53,160 nt of DNA, taken from PVC group bacterium (GTDB taxonomy: Bacteria > Auribacterota > Erginobacteria > Erginobacterales > Erginobacteraceae). Shown in pieces: positions 37,528 to 46,769 of this stretch. The stretch lies in contig JAZDIV010000084.1 of the NCBI GenBank assembly GCA_043804695.1, forward strand, positions 1 through 53,160, written 5' to 3'. The notes under the pieces are model-generated. The model was not told the DNA's origin and did not search any database. It saw only the letters and a program-made list of their open reading frames with translations. The position numbers were made by a program, and so were the translations under genes. The first letter of the stretch is position 1; every line of letters starts with the position of its first letter.

Positions 37528-38049
37528 ATGAGCAAAGAAGATTTGCGCAACGCTATTCGCGACATACCCGATTTCCCCGAAAAAGGGGTGATCTTCAAGG
37601 ACATCACCACCCTGCTCAAGGAAGGACGCCTCTTTCGGGAGTCGGTTGATCTGATGGCGGACGGGTTCGCCGGGAAAGGGATCGACCTGGTGGTATGCGT
37701 GGAGGCGCGCGGGTTCATTTTCGGGTCCGCCCTCGCCTACAAGCTGGGCGCCGGCGTGGTCCCGGTCCGGAAGGAAGGGAAGCTGCCGCACAAGACCAGG
37801 AAGGTCAGCTATTCGCTCGAGTACGGATCCGCCACGGTGGAGATCCACGAGGATGCCGTTGCCCCGGGGAGCCGGGTCCTGATTGTCGACGACCTGCTGG
37901 CGACGGGGGGGACGCTGGCGGCGGCGGTCGACCTGGTCCGCCAGCACGGCGGGATCATCGAGGCGGTGGCGGTGCTGATCGAGCTCGATTTCCTGAACGG
38001 CCGGGAAAAACTGAAAGACGTTCCGGTGTGGTCCTTGATTCATTATTAA
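37528..38049 (+). CDS. apt: Adenine phosphoribosyltransferase
   Basis: PDFP..GV.F.DIT, EARGF, RK.GKLP, LEYG and VDDLLATGGT motifs. Confidence 0.96.
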   Translation: MSKEDLRNAIRDIPDFPEKGVIFKDITTLLKEGRLFRESVDLMADGFAGKGIDLVVCVEARGFIFGSALAYKLGAGVVPVRKEGKLPHKTRKVSYSLEYGSATVEIHEDAVAPGSRVLIVDDLLATGGTLAAAVDLVRQHGGIIEAVAVLIELDFLNGREKLKDVPVWSLIHY

Positions 38050-38148
38050 GGTAAGTCAATCCTGTCGGTATTCATATCGGGTTTTATCAATTACTCCTTT
38101 TTTCAATTCTCGGGCTACTTATTAGTCGGTCCATAATTGTATGGATGT

Positions 38149-38253
38149 GTCATTGCGAGGAGCGTAGCGACGAAGCAATCCTAACTCTATGCACAACAAG
38201 AGATTGCTTCCCGCCACGCTTTGCTCGCGGCTTCGGCTAACGCTCGCAATGAC
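38149..38253. repeat. Palindromic repeat element (GTCATTGCGAG...CTCGCAATGAC type) with an extra ~25-nt segment in the right arm
   Basis: Termini gtcattgcgag/ctcgcaatgac; inner pair gaagcaatc/gattgcttc. Confidence 0.75.
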
Positions 38254-38337
38254 CACAATCGTTGATGTAAATACTATAATGGTCGGACTAATAACAGTTC
38301 CATTCATGCGGATTTCATTACAGGAGATTACAGAATA

Positions 38338-39660
38338 ATGTCTATTTTCAAGGCCTATGACATCCGGGGGGTTGTCCCGGAGGAGATCAACGAGGACATC
38401 GCCTACCGGATCGGCAGCGCGTTGGCCCGGTTCCTGAAAGCCCGTTCCATCGTCGCCGGCCGTGACATGAGGATCAGCTCCCCCGACCTCGCCGCCGCCG
38501 CCCGGAAGGGGATCCGGGACGTCGGGGCGGACGTGGTCGATATCGGCCTCTGCTCGACCCCGGCCTGCTACTTCGCCGTCGCTCGGGGAGGGTACGGGGG
38601 GGCGCTGATGGTGACCGCCTCCCACAACCCTTCCCGTTACAACGGCTTCAAGCTCTGCCGGGAGCAGGCCATCCCCCTCAGCTATGAAACCGGGGTCGAG
38701 GAGATCGAGATCCTCTGCGGGCAGGGAAAAACGGCCAGTGCCGTTCGCGCGGGCCGGGAGATCGAGCGGGACATCACGACGGACTACGTCGCCCACATCC
38801 TGAACTTCGCCCAGTACATCCGGCCGCTCACGGTCGCCGTCGACGCCGGCAACGGGATGGCGGGGAAGTATCTCCCCCTCATCTTCGAAAAGCTCCCCTG
38901 CCGGCTGATCCCCCTCTACCTGGAGCCGGACGGGAGCTTCCCCCACCACGATGCCGATCCACTCCGGGAAAAGAACTTGGCCGACCTGAAAAAGCTGGTG
39001 GTGAAGGAGGGCGCCGACCTGGGGGCGGCCTTTGACGGGGACGCTGACCGGGTGGCGTTCGTTGACGAGAAGGGCCGGACCATCGCCAACGACCTGACCA
39101 CGGCCCTGATCGCCCGGGAGACTCTGGACCGCTGGCCCGGCGCGACGATCATCTACGATCTGCGGTCATCCCGGGTGGTCCCGGAGGAGGTCGAGAAGGC
39201 GGGGGGGCGGGCGCTGGAGTCGCGGGTGGGGCACTCCTACATCAAGGAGCATATGCGGGAGCAGAACGCGGTCTTCGGCGGCGAGCTCTCCGGGCATTAT
39301 TACTTCCGGGAAAACTTCTACGCCGACAACGCCGAGATTGCCCTGATCAAGATCCTCAATTTAATCAGCTCCCGGCAGGAGCCGCTCTCCCGGCTCGTCG
39401 CTCCGCTCCGCCGCTACGCCGCCACCGGCGAGATCAACTTCCGGGTCGGGGACAAGGACGCGAAGATCGAGGAGCTGGCGGAAGTGTTCTCCGACGGCGA
39501 GGTTTATTTTCTGGACGGCGTCTCCGTCCGCTACCCGGACTGGTGGTTCAATGTCCGCAAGTCCAACACCGAACCGTTCCTGCGCCTCAATCTGGAAGCC
39601 CGGACCCCGGAGCTGATGGAAAAATCCAGGGAGAGGGTGGAAGCCGTTATTAGCAGATAA
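38338..39660 (+). CDS. Phosphomannomutase/phosphoglucomutase
   Basis: IFKAYDIRG, TASHNP, FDGDADR, GELSGH and R.SNTEP motifs. Confidence 0.95.
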   Translation: MSIFKAYDIRGVVPEEINEDIAYRIGSALARFLKARSIVAGRDMRISSPDLAAAARKGIRDVGADVVDIGLCSTPACYFAVARGGYGGALMVTASHNPSRYNGFKLCREQAIPLSYETGVEEIEILCGQGKTASAVRAGREIERDITTDYVAHILNFAQYIRPLTVAVDAGNGMAGKYLPLIFEKLPCRLIPLYLEPDGSFPHHDADPLREKNLADLKKLVVKEGADLGAAFDGDADRVAFVDEKGRTIANDLTTALIARETLDRWPGATIIYDLRSSRVVPEEVEKAGGRALESRVGHSYIKEHMREQNAVFGGELSGHYYFRENFYADNAEIALIKILNLISSRQEPLSRLVAPLRRYAATGEINFRVGDKDAKIEELAEVFSDGEVYFLDGVSVRYPDWWFNVRKSNTEPFLRLNLEARTPELMEKSRERVEAVISR

Positions 39661-39752
39661 GTGATCGGTAATCAGTAATCAGTAATCGGTGATCGGTTGG
39701 CCTGTTCCTGGTGTTTTTTTACCGTTTACTGATAACCGATCACTGATTACTG
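39660..39752. repeat. 7-nt periodic inverted repeat filling the pmm-uppP spacer
   Basis: agtgatc ggtaatc agtaatc agtaatc ggtgatc ... ttaccgt ttactga taaccga tcactga ttactg. Confidence 0.9.
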
Positions 39753-39758
39753 TCCTAG

Positions 39759-40568
39759 ATGAATGTAATAGAAGCCATTATCCTGGGCGTGGTTCAGGGC
39801 CTGAGCGAGTTCCTCCCCGTCTCCAGCTCCGGTCACCTGGTGCTGGCGGAAAAGCTGCTCGGGCTCCCGGAGGAGAATGTCCGCTTCGCGATCATGGTTC
39901 ACCTGGGAACTCTCCTGGCGGTGATCATCGCCTACCGCGGGCAGGTCCGGAGGCTGCTGGGCGGTCTGTTCCGGGGCAGGGTGCGGTATCGGCACGGCCG
40001 CTGGCGGTTTTCAAATCCCGACACCCGTCTGGTCTGCCTCCTGGCTCTTGCCACCATCCCGGCGGCGGTGGCGGGTGCGGCGGTGGGGGGATGGATTAAA
40101 GCTCTCTTCTTTCACCCTCTCGCGGTGGGGATCTGCCTGGCGGTGACCGGGCTGGTCCTCTTCGGTCTCCGTTTCGTGCGGGGGAGGGAAGGCGCCCCGA
40201 CCTTCCGGCGGGCCCTGATCATTGGCCTGGCCCAGGCGGCGGCGATCCTCCCGGGCATCTCCCGCTCGGGCCTGACGATCTCGGCCGGGATCTACTCGGG
40301 CCTCGAGCGAACCCGGGCCGCCGATTTCTCCTTTCTCCTCGCGATCCCGGTCATCCTGGGCGCGGGTCTGCTCGAAATCGGGGGTATGGTAACGAACGGC
40401 GTCACCCTGTCCGAGGTCGTCTCCCTGCTCGCCGGGAGCGCCGCCGCCGCCGTCTCCGGTTACCTGGCGATCCGGTTTCTTCTGAAGATAATCCAGAAGG
40501 GAAAACTCCATTACTTTGCCTACTACTGCTGGCTGGCCGCCCTGGTCGTCATCATCCTCAGTGTCTGA
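39759..40568 (+). CDS. uppP: Undecaprenyl-diphosphatase
   Basis: QGLSEFLPVSSSGHL and PGISRSG.T motifs. Confidence 0.95.
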   Translation: MNVIEAIILGVVQGLSEFLPVSSSGHLVLAEKLLGLPEENVRFAIMVHLGTLLAVIIAYRGQVRRLLGGLFRGRVRYRHGRWRFSNPDTRLVCLLALATIPAAVAGAAVGGWIKALFFHPLAVGICLAVTGLVLFGLRFVRGREGAPTFRRALIIGLAQAAAILPGISRSGLTISAGIYSGLERTRAADFSFLLAIPVILGAGLLEIGGMVTNGVTLSEVVSLLAGSAAAAVSGYLAIRFLLKIIQKGKLHYFAYYCWLAALVVIILSV

Positions 40569-40590
40569 GGGGAGAACCAATGTGGAGTAG

Positions 40591-40747
40591 TTCACCCCCG
40601 GTGAGTTTATCTCACCGGAGTGAAAGTTTGATGGCTAACTCCCGCCCAAAAAATAAAATCGGCCCCTGCCGCTTCACGCGGCAGGGGAGAAAGTTTAAGC
40701 GGAATAGCCGATGAACTCATTCACCTGCCACATGAAGTGGCAGGGGT
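40591..40747. repeat. Cluster of three REP-like hairpins related to 53035..53160
   Basis: ccggtgag/ctcaccgg; cccctgccgc/gcggcagggg; 40699..40747 is an imperfect reverse complement of 53054..53100. Confidence 0.75.
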
Positions 40748-40757
40748 GTAATAGATA

Positions 40758-41633
40758 ATGAGACTAGAACCTTTATTAGAGGTTGCTATTCCTGGTGTTC
40801 AACTTTTCGACCGGGGGAAGATCCGGGATATCTTCGCGGCCGGGAAAAATATCCTGGTCGTGACCACCGACCGGGTCTACCTCTTCGAACGGGTCTGGCC
40901 TCAGGGGCTGCCCGGTAAGGGGAGGGTACTGACCGCGCTCTCGCTCCGGACGTTCGCGGCCGTCCGCGACCTGGTCCCGAGCTACGTCATCACTGACCGG
41001 GCGGAAGACTATCCGCCGCCTTTTAACCGTTTCGCGGACCTCCTGGCCGGCCGGAGCTATCTCACCGGAAAAGTCGCTCCCATACGGGTGGAGTGCGTGG
41101 TCCGGGGGTATCTCTACGGGCAGGCCTGGAAAGCCTATCGGGCAGGAGACCGCTCCTGGCTGCCCCCGCTCCCTTCGGGGTTAGAGTTGGCGGCGGAGCT
41201 TCCGGGCCCCGTCTTCACTCCGGCCCGGAAGAGCCGGACCGGCCAGGACGAAAACCTGGGACGGCGGGAGCTGGCCGGCCTGACGGGGGAGGGGAGGGCG
41301 GAAGAACTGGAGCGGCTCAGTCTCGCGGTCTATGGGAGGATGCGCGGGATCTTCGCGCAAGCCAGGTTAATCCTCGCCGACACCAAGTTCGAGTTCGGCG
41401 AGAAAGACGGCCGCCTCCTCCTCATCAACGAAGCCTGCACCCCCGACTGCTCCCGGATTTGGAAGGAGGCGGAGTATCGGTCCGGCCGAATCCAGGATCC
41501 CTGGGACAAAGAAATCCTGGAGAACTACCTGGGGGAAAAGGGCTGGCTCCCCGGTAATCCCCCTCTCCATCTTCCCTTCGATGTGTTACAGCGAGCCCGG
41601 GAACGGTTCGCCGAACTCGCCTCCCTGATCTGA
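40758..41633 (+). CDS. SAICAR-synthase (PurC)-like protein with divergent active-site motifs
   Basis: GKIRD, ECVVRGY, FTP, ADTKFEFG and TPD.SR.W retained; several canonical residues changed. Confidence 0.8.
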   Translation: MRLEPLLEVAIPGVQLFDRGKIRDIFAAGKNILVVTTDRVYLFERVWPQGLPGKGRVLTALSLRTFAAVRDLVPSYVITDRAEDYPPPFNRFADLLAGRSYLTGKVAPIRVECVVRGYLYGQAWKAYRAGDRSWLPPLPSGLELAAELPGPVFTPARKSRTGQDENLGRRELAGLTGEGRAEELERLSLAVYGRMRGIFAQARLILADTKFEFGEKDGRLLLINEACTPDCSRIWKEAEYRSGRIQDPWDKEILENYLGEKGWLPGNPPLHLPFDVLQRARERFAELASLI

Positions 41634-41643
41634 ACAAAGCATA

Positions 41644-42738
41644 TCAATCACAGGATTCGAGGTCACGAAGAGTGCTGCCATTGTACGGGCCGCCTGCACC
41701 GCTCAGATCCTCCACATGGCAGGAGGAGAGGTTGTGACAGGTGTTGAACCCGTAATCGGTGGTGCCCTCCCCGTCGACCATGCAGGCGCTCAGATAGTAG
41801 CTGGTGGCAAAGCCGCTGAGTATATTGTTGTTGGACTGACAGGCGGCAACGGTGATGCAGCTTGAGAATCCCACCGAGGTGGCGCCGGCCCCGTCCACGA
41901 CGCAGCTGGAAAGGTTCCGGCAGCTGACGAACCCGGCCGTGCCGCAGTTGTAGGCGGAGCAGTTGGTCAGCCGCGAGGTAGGGACCAGCCCGCTCCCGTA
42001 GAAGCCGAAGCCGCCGGCGTTCCGGACCACACAGTTGACGAAGCTCACGTAAGTGGCATTGCTGCTGTACTGAAAACCGTAGCTCAGGCTGTCGACCGAA
42101 CGGCAGTTCTCGACGGTCGCGTAGGTGTCGTCGATATAAACGGTTCCCCTGGCCGGGGAGGTATCCCCGCCCCCCTGGAACCGCAATTCCTCCAGGTGGC
42201 AGTTGGGGCCAGCGACGCTCAGGTAATCGCCGTCACCCGCGAACTGGATGATCGTTGAGTTACTCTCGCCGACGATGTGCTTGATATTGTCGGGGACGTT
42301 GATCACCTCGCTCACGGTGTAGGTGCCGGCGGGGATGAAGACGCTGTTGTGTGAAGTGCTCTCCAGCGCCGCCACCAGGTCGGCCCCGTCATTCGGTTTG
42401 ACCACGTAGTCATAGAGACGCTGCCCGCCCCCTCCGGCGACCGCCGTGTCCGAGGACCCGCCGAAGTAAATCCGGCTTACCCCCCGGATCGCCCACAACC
42501 CGGCCGATTTCCGGAAGACCCCGATCTCCGCGATCCCATCGCCGGTGTAGTCGCCGGCGGCGGGAGTGTCCGACGATCCGCCGAAATACACCCGGGTCAC
42601 CCCCCGGATCGCCCACAGCCCGGCCGTCGGCCGGAAGATGGCGATGTCATCCCGGGAGTCCCCGTCGAAGTCCGCCGGGGGTGCGGCGCCGGCGGCAACG
42701 AAAAAGAGGATGGCGGTTGCGGTCAGTATCTGCTTCAT
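41644..42738 (-). CDS. Exported protein: two FG-GAP-like 40-aa repeats plus a Cys-rich right-handed beta-helix domain
   Basis: aaggaggtg RBS and signal peptide; D(F/Y).GD....I..FR..AGLWAIRGV.R.YFGGSSD twice; then IPAGTY...I.G and beta-helix-like repeats. Confidence 0.75.
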   Translation of the reverse strand: MKQILTATAILFFVAAGAAPPADFDGDSRDDIAIFRPTAGLWAIRGVTRVYFGGSSDTPAAGDYTGDGIAEIGVFRKSAGLWAIRGVSRIYFGGSSDTAVAGGGGQRLYDYVVKPNDGADLVAALESTSHNSVFIPAGTYTVSEVINVPDNIKHIVGESNSTIIQFAGDGDYLSVAGPNCHLEELRFQGGGDTSPARGTVYIDDTYATVENCRSVDSLSYGFQYSSNATYVSFVNCVVRNAGGFGFYGSGLVPTSRLTNCSAYNCGTAGFVSCRNLSSCVVDGAGATSVGFSSCITVAACQSNNNILSGFATSYYLSACMVDGEGTTDYGFNTCHNLSSCHVEDLSGAGGPYNGSTLRDLESCD

Positions 42739-42807
42739 CTTCACCTCCTTCCGGCATTCTCTTGGCCGCCGGTGTGAGTTTATCTTGCCGCTTCGGAATT
42801 TCAAAAA

Positions 42808-42925
42808 CGGTAACGGTAAGGGTAACGATGCCCGTATCGGTGAGGGTAACGGTAACGGCCGCCTCGGTGGCGTACGTAACCGTAGCCGACAGACGAAACG
42901 GGCCGAGTCACCGTAACCGTCACCC
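42808..42925. repeat. 6-nt periodic inverted repeat
   Basis: cggtaa cggtaa gggtaa ... gggtaa cggtaa, then ccgtaa ccgtca-type units. Confidence 0.7.
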
Positions 42926-42981
42926 AGTTGCGCCGGAGGCGCTAAGTTCCTGTACGGAGAGTGTACAACACTGTCAAAAAA

Positions 42982-44106
42982 TCATGAAATATTTTTTTGA
43001 TAAATCCGGTATTTTTTATACAGCGTCCCCCCCATCATCTCGGCCGCCCGGATGACCAGGAGGTTGTCCTCCAGCAGCCAGGAGATCTCCGAGTCGATAT
43101 ACCCCAGGTCGCGGGCGGTCCGGGCCGACTCCAGGTAAAGGAGCCCGTCCAGGCCCTTTTTCTGGTACTCCTCCTCGATCCCGGCCATCATCAACCGGAC
43201 GGCGCTGATCTGCTTCCGCCCGAAAAGGAACCTGATCATCTGGAGCGGTCCCATCCTGCCGTTCATCTTCTTGATGATCTGGTTGTAGTCGGGCAGCACC
43301 AGGTAAAAACCGACCGCCTTTCCCCGGTACTCGGCGAAGTAGGCGAACTCGGGGACGACCAGCGGCTTGAGTTCTTTCGCCATCTGCTCGATCTCCGCTT
43401 TGGTAATGGGGACGAATCCCCAGTTCTTGCGCCAGGCCCGGTTATAGATGTCCCGGACCAGATCAAGCTCGGCGGAAAAATTTTTCATCCGGATGGTTCT
43501 GACGCTCAACCCCTTCTTCTTCAAAACGGCCGCCAGCTTCTCCAGGCGGGGGTTCATCTCCTGCGGGACCGGTATCCGGTAGGCCAGAAGATCTTTCGCT
43601 TTTTCCAGTCCGCAGCCCTCCAGGAGTGAATGGTAGTAGGGGAGGGTATAGGGCATCATGAACCGGGGCGGGGAGTCGTACCCCTCCAGGAGCAGCCCGC
43701 AGACGGCGTTGGTGGAGGGATTGAGCGGCCCGATCATCTTCTCCATGCCCCGGGCTTTCAGCCAACTCTCGGCGGCGGTGAAGAGGGCCCGGGCCGCCGC
43801 CGGGTCGTCGAAGCACTCGAAAAACCCGAAGTAACCGGTCTTCTCCCGGTGGTAGGCGATGAAATCCCGGTCCTCGATCGCCGCGATCCGGCCCGCGGGC
43901 TGATCGCCCCGGTAAGCGATGAAAAGGGCGCGGTCGGCGTGTTCCCAGAACGGATTGTGCCGGGGGGAAAAGAGCTTTTTGTCTTCCCGGATCAGGGGGG
44001 GGACCCAGTGAGGGCTGTTTCGATAGATGGGCCAGGGAAGGGTGAGGAATTGTTTTAAAGATTTTTTACTATCAACTTCCTTGATTCTGACAGGAGATGC
44101 TTCCAT
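42982..44106 (-). CDS. YghO-like GNAT acyltransferase; candidate bacterial ceramide synthase
   Basis: WVPPL, NPF..H, GRIAA, GYFGFFE, GP.NP..N...G.L..G, NWGF.P and E.SW.LEDN motifs; downstream of the SPT-like gene. Confidence 0.75.
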   Translation of the reverse strand: MEASPVRIKEVDSKKSLKQFLTLPWPIYRNSPHWVPPLIREDKKLFSPRHNPFWEHADRALFIAYRGDQPAGRIAAIEDRDFIAYHREKTGYFGFFECFDDPAAARALFTAAESWLKARGMEKMIGPLNPSTNAVCGLLLEGYDSPPRFMMPYTLPYYHSLLEGCGLEKAKDLLAYRIPVPQEMNPRLEKLAAVLKKKGLSVRTIRMKNFSAELDLVRDIYNRAWRKNWGFVPITKAEIEQMAKELKPLVVPEFAYFAEYRGKAVGFYLVLPDYNQIIKKMNGRMGPLQMIRFLFGRKQISAVRLMMAGIEEEYQKKGLDGLLYLESARTARDLGYIDSEISWLLEDNLLVIRAAEMMGGTLYKKYRIYQKNIS

Positions 44107-44118
44107 GATATAGACTTA

Positions 44119-44270
44119 TAATGAAGAAACCCGAATGACGAAACTCGAAAGAATGACGAAAACAGAATGACGAAACCCACCTGCCAAAACCTCGGCCGGC
44201 GGCTCATCGTGCTGGCCTGTTCGCCGCTCCGGCCGCTTTCGGATTTCGGGTTTCGGTATTCGGATTTTAG
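44119..44270. repeat. AATGACGAA / TTTCGG periodic inverted repeat
   Basis: gaatgacgaa three times, then tttcgga tttcggg tttcggt attcgga. Confidence 0.7.
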
Positions 44271-44328
44271 ATCGTCTCGCTTGATCAATATGGGAAAAAA
44301 GATATCTGCTCCGGGAGAACGTAGTTAC

Positions 44329-45510
44329 CTAAATAATACCCAGTTCCTTCCCTACTTTCTCAAAGGTCTCGAGGGCGAAGTCAAGCTGCCGGTCGGTGTG
44401 GGTGGCCATGAAACTGGTCCGGATCAAGGTCTGATCCGGCGGGACGGCGGGGGGGACGATCGGGTTGACGAAGATTCCGGCGTCGAAGAGAAACTTTCTC
44501 ATCAGGAACGCCTTCTCGAGATCGCCGATGATCAGGGGAATGATCGGGGTCTCGCTCTCCCCGGTATTGAACCCCCTGCTCCGGAACCCCTTCAGCATCT
44601 TCCGGGTGATCTCCCAGAGCCGTTCCCGCCGTTCCGGCTCTTCCTCGATGATATCGAGGCAGGCCATCACCGTCGCCACCGCCGCCGGAGGGAGGCTGGC
44701 GCTGAAGATCAGGGGGCGGGAGAAATGCTTCAGGTAGTGGATCACCGATTCGCTCCCCGCCACGCAACCCCCGATTGAGGCCAGCGATTTGGAGAAGGTT
44801 GTCATGATCAGGTCAACCTCATTCTCCAGCCCGAAGTGTTCCGCCGTTCCCCGCCCGGTTTTCCCCAGAACCCCGACCGAATGGGCGTCATCAACCAGGA
44901 CCCGGGCGCCGTATTCCCGGGCCAGTTCGACGATCTCCGGGAGACGGGCGATGTCCCCCTCCATGCTGAAGATCCCGTCGATCACGATCAGTTTTCCGTT
45001 ATCGGCGCCGCGGGAGAGGATCCGCTCCAGATCGTTCATGTCGTTATGGCTGAACTTTTTTATCTTCCCGAAGGCCAGGCGGGTGCCGTCGATGATGCTG
45101 GCGTGGTCGAGGCGGTCGATCAGAACGGTGTCGTTCTTGCCGACCAGCGCGGAGATGGTTCCGAGGTTGGTTTGAAAGCCGGTCGAATAGACCAGGGCGG
45201 CTTCCTTCCGGAAAAAGACGGCCAGCTTTTCCTCGAGTTCACGGTGGATATCAAGAGTGCCGTTCAGAAAGCGGGAACCGGCGCAGCCGGTGCCGTATTT
45301 CTCCAGCGCCGCGGCGGCGGCGGCCTTTACCCTCGGGTGGCAGGTCAAACCCAGGTAACTGTTGGAGCCGAGCATCAGGATTTTGCGCCCCTCGATCATG
45401 ACCTCGGTCTCCTGGGCGGAGGATATCTCGGTGAAGTAAGGATAAATCCCCATGGCCATGATCTCCCTGGCCCGGGTGAACTCGCTGCATTTGGTAAATA
45501 GATCGGCCAT
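44329..45510 (-). CDS. spt: Alpha-oxoamine synthase, serine palmitoyltransferase-like
   Basis: G.YPYF N-terminus; [26 protein letters not shown] motifs; PLP lysine in [11 protein letters not shown]. Confidence 0.75.
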   Translation of the reverse strand: MADLFTKCSEFTRAREIMAMGIYPYFTEISSAQETEVMIEGRKILMLGSNSYLGLTCHPRVKAAAAAALEKYGTGCAGSRFLNGTLDIHRELEEKLAVFFRKEAALVYSTGFQTNLGTISALVGKNDTVLIDRLDHASIIDGTRLAFGKIKKFSHNDMNDLERILSRGADNGKLIVIDGIFSMEGDIARLPEIVELAREYGARVLVDDAHSVGVLGKTGRGTAEHFGLENEVDLIMTTFSKSLASIGGCVAGSESVIHYLKHFSRPLIFSASLPPAAVATVMACLDIIEEEPERRERLWEITRKMLKGFRSRGFNTGESETPIIPLIIGDLEKAFLMRKFLFDAGIFVNPIVPPAVPPDQTLIRTSFMATHTDRQLDFALETFEKVGKELGII

Positions 45511-45557
45511 AAAATTTTACTCCGTAAAATTTTAACGCGAATTTAGTCTGAACGAAT

Positions 45558-46550
45558 TTATAACCATCCCTTGGTCCGGTACCAGTCGACGGTCTCCCGG
45601 AGACCCCGGTTCAGGTCGTACCGGGGGTTGAATCCCAGTTCCTTCCGGGCCCGGCTGATGTTGCATACCCAGTAGTTGTGGCTCATCTCCCCGATTTTGT
45701 CCAGATAAAAAGCGGCCGGCGACCGGGGGAAAAGACCGGCCAGCAGCCGAACCCCCGCCCGGGCCGGTTCCCAGGGCACGGTCAGAGAGAACGATTTCTT
45801 CCCCAGGACGGCGGCCAGCAGGTCAAATGTTTCTCTCCAGGAATATTTGTTGCCATCCCCGATGAAGTAGGCGCGGAACTCCGGCGTCGAATTCTCGGCT
45901 GCCCGGAGGATCGCGTCCACCAGGTCGGCGACGTGGACGGCGCTGAAGATGTTGTCCGCCCGACCCGGCCGGAACCGCACCCCCCACCGGGCCAGCTTGA
46001 TCACCTGCAGCGTCTCCGCGTCCCGGGGTCCGTACACGGCGGCCGGGCGGAGTACGGCGATCGGCAGCCGGTCGCTGAAACGCTCCGCTTCCCGCTCGGC
46101 CGCCAGCTTGCTCTCCCCGTAGAGACTGACCGGCCGGGCCTCTTCTTCCTCGGTCAGGGGATGCCCGTCGGGACTCGGCCCGGCGGCGGAGAGGCTGCTC
46201 ACGTAAATGAACTGCCGCAGGTCTCCCGCCCGCTCGGCGGCGGCTTCCAGCAGGTTTTTCGTCCCCAGCCAGTTGGTCCGGAAATACTCGTCCCGGCTCC
46301 TGGCCTTGATCCGGCCGGCCAGGTGAAAGATCGCGGCGACCCCCCCGAGGCTTTTCTCCAGGGACCCCTTCTCCGTGAGATCCCCGACCGCCAGTTCCAG
46401 ACCCCTCCGGTCCAGCCGCTCCCGGGAGCTGGTCTCTCTGACCAAAGCCCGGACTTCCCATCCTTCCCGAAGGAGAGCTTCGATCAGGTGGCTTCCGATG
46501 AAACCGGATCCCCCCGTGACCAGCGCTTTGTTGTTTTTACTCATTGTCAT
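45558..46550 (-). CDS. Extended SDR (NAD-dependent epimerase/reductase); candidate ceramide or 3-keto-sphingolipid reductase
   Basis: TGGSGFIG, SS..A.G, YGESK and RP..VYGP motifs; first gene of the SDR-SPT-GNAT unit. Confidence 0.8.
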   Translation of the reverse strand: MTMSKNNKALVTGGSGFIGSHLIEALLREGWEVRALVRETSSRERLDRRGLELAVGDLTEKGSLEKSLGGVAAIFHLAGRIKARSRDEYFRTNWLGTKNLLEAAAERAGDLRQFIYVSSLSAAGPSPDGHPLTEEEEARPVSLYGESKLAAEREAERFSDRLPIAVLRPAAVYGPRDAETLQVIKLARWGVRFRPGRADNIFSAVHVADLVDAILRAAENSTPEFRAYFIGDGNKYSWRETFDLLAAVLGKKSFSLTVPWEPARAGVRLLAGLFPRSPAAFYLDKIGEMSHNYWVCNISRARKELGFNPRYDLNRGLRETVDWYRTKGWL

Positions 46551-46769
46551 TGATCAGCAATTCTGTTCCGAATCTGCCTGCTGTCGGGCAGATCGGGATA
46601 GAAGGTAGTACAAAAGCCGCCGCCGATCAAGGCAAAACGCTCTTGAGAACCGGGAATGACGGCAGTTTGCTCTTGCTCTTGCATCCGGTCCGCTGATATG
46701 GTATGGGTGAAGGTTTGGAATAATCTATTTTTCGGACGAGGAAATAATTTTTGCGGAGTAAAAACTGCA

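Noticed and set aside
41644-42960. Diversity-generating retroelement target or template
   Set aside because: No reverse transcriptase and no adenine-variant repeat pair; the internal repeat is an ordinary protein repeat.
44167-44778. ORFs with repetitive peptides arising from periodic repeats (also 33499..33687 and 42566..42916)
   Set aside because: Translations of non-coding repeats joined to antisense frames, with no independent support as genes.
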